From Candidatus Omnitrophica bacterium UBA6249 (GTDB lineage: Bacteria > Omnitrophota > Gorgyraeia > Gygaellales > Profunditerraquicolaceae), in NCBI GenBank assembly GCA_002441305.1, contig DJVT01000009.1:178766-242765 (forward strand): a DNA stretch of 64,000 bases. The letters run 5' to 3'. The notes beneath the pieces were generated by a model. The model searched no databases. It saw only the letters and a list, made by a program, of their open reading frames with translations, and had not been told where the DNA came from. A program made the translations under genes and the position numbers. Below are positions 62,428-64,000 of the stretch, one piece after another. The stretch's first letter is position 1. Each line of letters opens with the position of its first letter.

Positions 62428-63030
62428 ATGGAAATGAAGCCGTATTTGACGCCAAAGCAGGAGAAAGTGCTTAATTTTATCCGTAAACGGATAGGGGAGA
62501 GGCTCCCTCCTACTATCCGCGAGATAGGGGAGGAGCTGGGGTTTAAATCTACGGGCACTGTACGCGACTATCTTAAGGTCTTAATACAGAAAGGGCTGGT
62601 GAAGAGGATGAATAATAAGTCCAGGGCAATAGAATTGACTGAACGCGCGTCTTTCAAGATTCCGATAATCGGCACGATTACGGCCGGCAAGCCGAATCTG
62701 GCTTATGAAGAAATCCAGGGGTATGTCGATGCCGATGATCTATTCCTGGGCCGTTTGGGTTTTGATGATGTTTTCGCTTTAAGGGTCAAAGGCGACAGTA
62801 TGATCGATGCGGGCATACTTGAAGGCGATGTGGCGGTGATCAAGAAACGCCCCAATGCCGACAATAATGATATAGTTGCCGCGTTATTGGATAATAATGA
62901 AGTTACTTTAAAGAGGCTGAGAAGCCGCTCCGGCAAGTTCCACCTGGAAGCAGCTAACCCCAATTACGCCCCGATTTTCGAAGAATTCAAGGTCATAGGC
63001 AAGCTTATTACGGTAATAAGGAAATACTGA
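62428..63030 (+). CDS. lexA: LexA repressor
   Basis: wHTH (LTPKQEKVLNFIRKRIGERLPPTIREIG), cleavage site TAGKP, and Ser/Lys dyad (KGDSM, TLKRL). Start is at ATG 62428 or 62434. The ORF-track start at 62407 lies inside the promoter. Confidence 0.9.
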   Translation: MEMKPYLTPKQEKVLNFIRKRIGERLPPTIREIGEELGFKSTGTVRDYLKVLIQKGLVKRMNNKSRAIELTERASFKIPIIGTITAGKPNLAYEEIQGYVDADDLFLGRLGFDDVFALRVKGDSMIDAGILEGDVAVIKKRPNADNNDIVAALLDNNEVTLKRLRSRSGKFHLEAANPNYAPIFEEFKVIGKLITVIRKY

Positions 63031-63051
63031 GCAATACCAGGGTAAATACGA

Positions 63052-63357
63052 ATGAATCAGAATAGTTTTAGCCCCAAAGCGCGCTGGGACAGGTTCGAAC
63101 CGGATGGCGGCTTTGATCCGGATATCCTGAATGAGCGCATAGACGTCCTGGCCTTGTTCAGGGGCGCCAGGATATTTCCCAGGAGCTTTAAATGGCATGA
63201 CAAACAATACCGTATAGAAACCATCACCTATAACTGGCAGGAACGCATAGGCCAGGCTCTGGTCAGCTACTTTTCTGTGGTCTGTGCCGGGCAGATCTAC
63301 CAGATATCTTTCAATAATTCCACGTTTCGCTGGCAGCTCGACAAGTTAATTCAGTAA
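63052..63357 (+). CDS. hypothetical 101-aa protein between lexA and dinB
   Basis: ORF with short gaps on both sides (21 nt and 15 nt). No family recognised. Trp/Tyr-rich (FKWHDKQYRIETITYNWQERIG...FRWQLDKL). Confidence 0.6.
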   Translation: MNQNSFSPKARWDRFEPDGGFDPDILNERIDVLALFRGARIFPRSFKWHDKQYRIETITYNWQERIGQALVSYFSVVCAGQIYQISFNNSTFRWQLDKLIQ

Positions 63358-63372
63358 TCTTAATACCATATT

Positions 63373-64000
63373 ATGATTTTACATATAGATATGGACGCTT
63401 TTTTCGCTTCGATCGAAGAAGCGGTAAACCCCAGGCTTAAAGGCAGGCCGTTGATCATCGGGGCGCGCGCAAGCAGGATGAATACCGTAGTTTGCGCCGC
63501 CAATTATCCGGCCAAGGCCCTGGGGATCCACTCAGGAATGCCTACCAGGAGAGCTTATAGTATTTACTCCAAGCTGGAATTTTTGCCTGCCGATCAGGCT
63601 AAATATATCTGGACTTCAGGGCAGATCCTTGAGCTTCTCAAGGGGTATAATTTACCTTTAAACTACAGTTCAATCGATGAATTCCAGATGGACCTCTCCG
63701 GCTATCCCGGCCAAAACCCGGTAAGTTTGAGTAAAGAAATCAGGGCGCAGATATATGCAAACTTTAACATTACCGCTTCAATCGGCATAGCCAAAAACTG
63801 GCTTTTGGCTAAACTGGCATCCAAATTAAATAAGCCGGATGGAGTGGCTTTAATCGATGATTCCAATTTCGAGCAAGCCTTGCGCAAGGCCAGCCTGGAT
63901 AAGCTCTCCGGTATGGGAGGAAATTACGGCCGGGAATTGACCGCCCGGGGCATAAAAACATGCTGGGATTTATACCTGAACTTACCGGGATTTTTTGATG
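63373..64000 (+). CDS. dinB: DNA polymerase IV (Y-family), N-terminal part; continues beyond window
   Basis: MILHIDMDAFFASIEEAVNPRLKGRPLIIG...SIDEFQMDL...TASIGIAKNWLLAKLAS is typical DinB. Confidence 0.9.
   Translation, partial: MILHIDMDAFFASIEEAVNPRLKGRPLIIGARASRMNTVVCAANYPAKALGIHSGMPTRRAYSIYSKLEFLPADQAKYIWTSGQILELLKGYNLPLNYSSIDEFQMDLSGYPGQNPVSLSKEIRAQIYANFNITASIGIAKNWLLAKLASKLNKPDGVALIDDSNFEQALRKASLDKLSGMGGNYGRELTARGIKTCWDLYLNLPGFFD

Noticed and set aside
1-64000. Scanned by eye for CRISPR arrays, rRNA, IS elements and transposases, integrases, restriction-modification genes and toxin-antitoxin pairs.
   Set aside because: No regularly spaced direct repeats, terminal inverted repeats or matching protein motifs were found. 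Absence is based on visual inspection only.

Overview
This is a gene-dense bacterial chromosomal window. Every call is on the + strand except one small lipoprotein gene, and many neighbouring genes overlap by 1 or 4 nt (ATGA or TAATG junctions). My guess from gene content is an anaerobic diderm bacterium: rubrerythrin, desulforedoxin, ExbBD-TonB, an LpxL-type acyltransferase, heptose genes, and TIGR04073/TRL-type proteins. I cannot assign a taxon from sequence alone.

Layout:
- 1-4.4 kb: end of the spc/alpha ribosomal cluster (adk, map, infA, rpmJ, rpsM, rpsK, rpsD, rpoA, rplQ).
- 4.5-12 kb: central-carbon cluster. It holds an aminotransferase, LeuC-like and LeuD-like dehydratase subunits split by pilT, icd, mdh, lpd and an orphan lipoyl domain.
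- 12-16.5 kb: a GAF/HD-GYP gene followed by a glycolipid-type gene set.
- 16.5-31.8 kb: the most accessory-looking part, a cobamide salvage, remodelling and import island. It contains cobO, cobalamin riboswitch 1 with an intrinsic terminator, a CbiR-like TIM barrel, cobU/T/S/D/Q, cbiB, btuFCD, a DUF4430 gene, cobalamin riboswitch 2, btuB, exbBD and two tonB genes.
- 31.8-42.8 kb: housekeeping genes (rpsU, aroQ, pepP, efp, accBC, asp23/amaP, pfk, gmhA/hldC, thiE/thiC).
- 42.8-64 kb: tRNA-Gly(CCC), then a mixed region. It includes a LysM-M23 lipoprotein coupled to a large ATPase, nucleotide hydrolases, a second GAF/HD-GYP, aroB, two PilZ proteins, YajQ, a radical-SAM cluster, oxidative-stress genes, a 30-aa Lys-rich microprotein, a K+-transporter-like membrane protein, msrBA, and a lexA-orf-dinB SOS operon that runs off the window end.

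I saw no CRISPR array, rRNA, transposase, integrase or toxin-antitoxin pair. The observations I rank highest are the CbiR-like first gene of the riboswitch-controlled B12 operon, the candidate lexA operator with a leaderless lexA and an unknown SOS-operon ORF, the LeuCD-type dehydratase (split by pilT) inside a TCA-branch cluster, the single-pore-loop RCK_C membrane protein, and the SD-plus-terminator-framed microprotein. All family calls come from motifs I recognise by eye. No database search was run.
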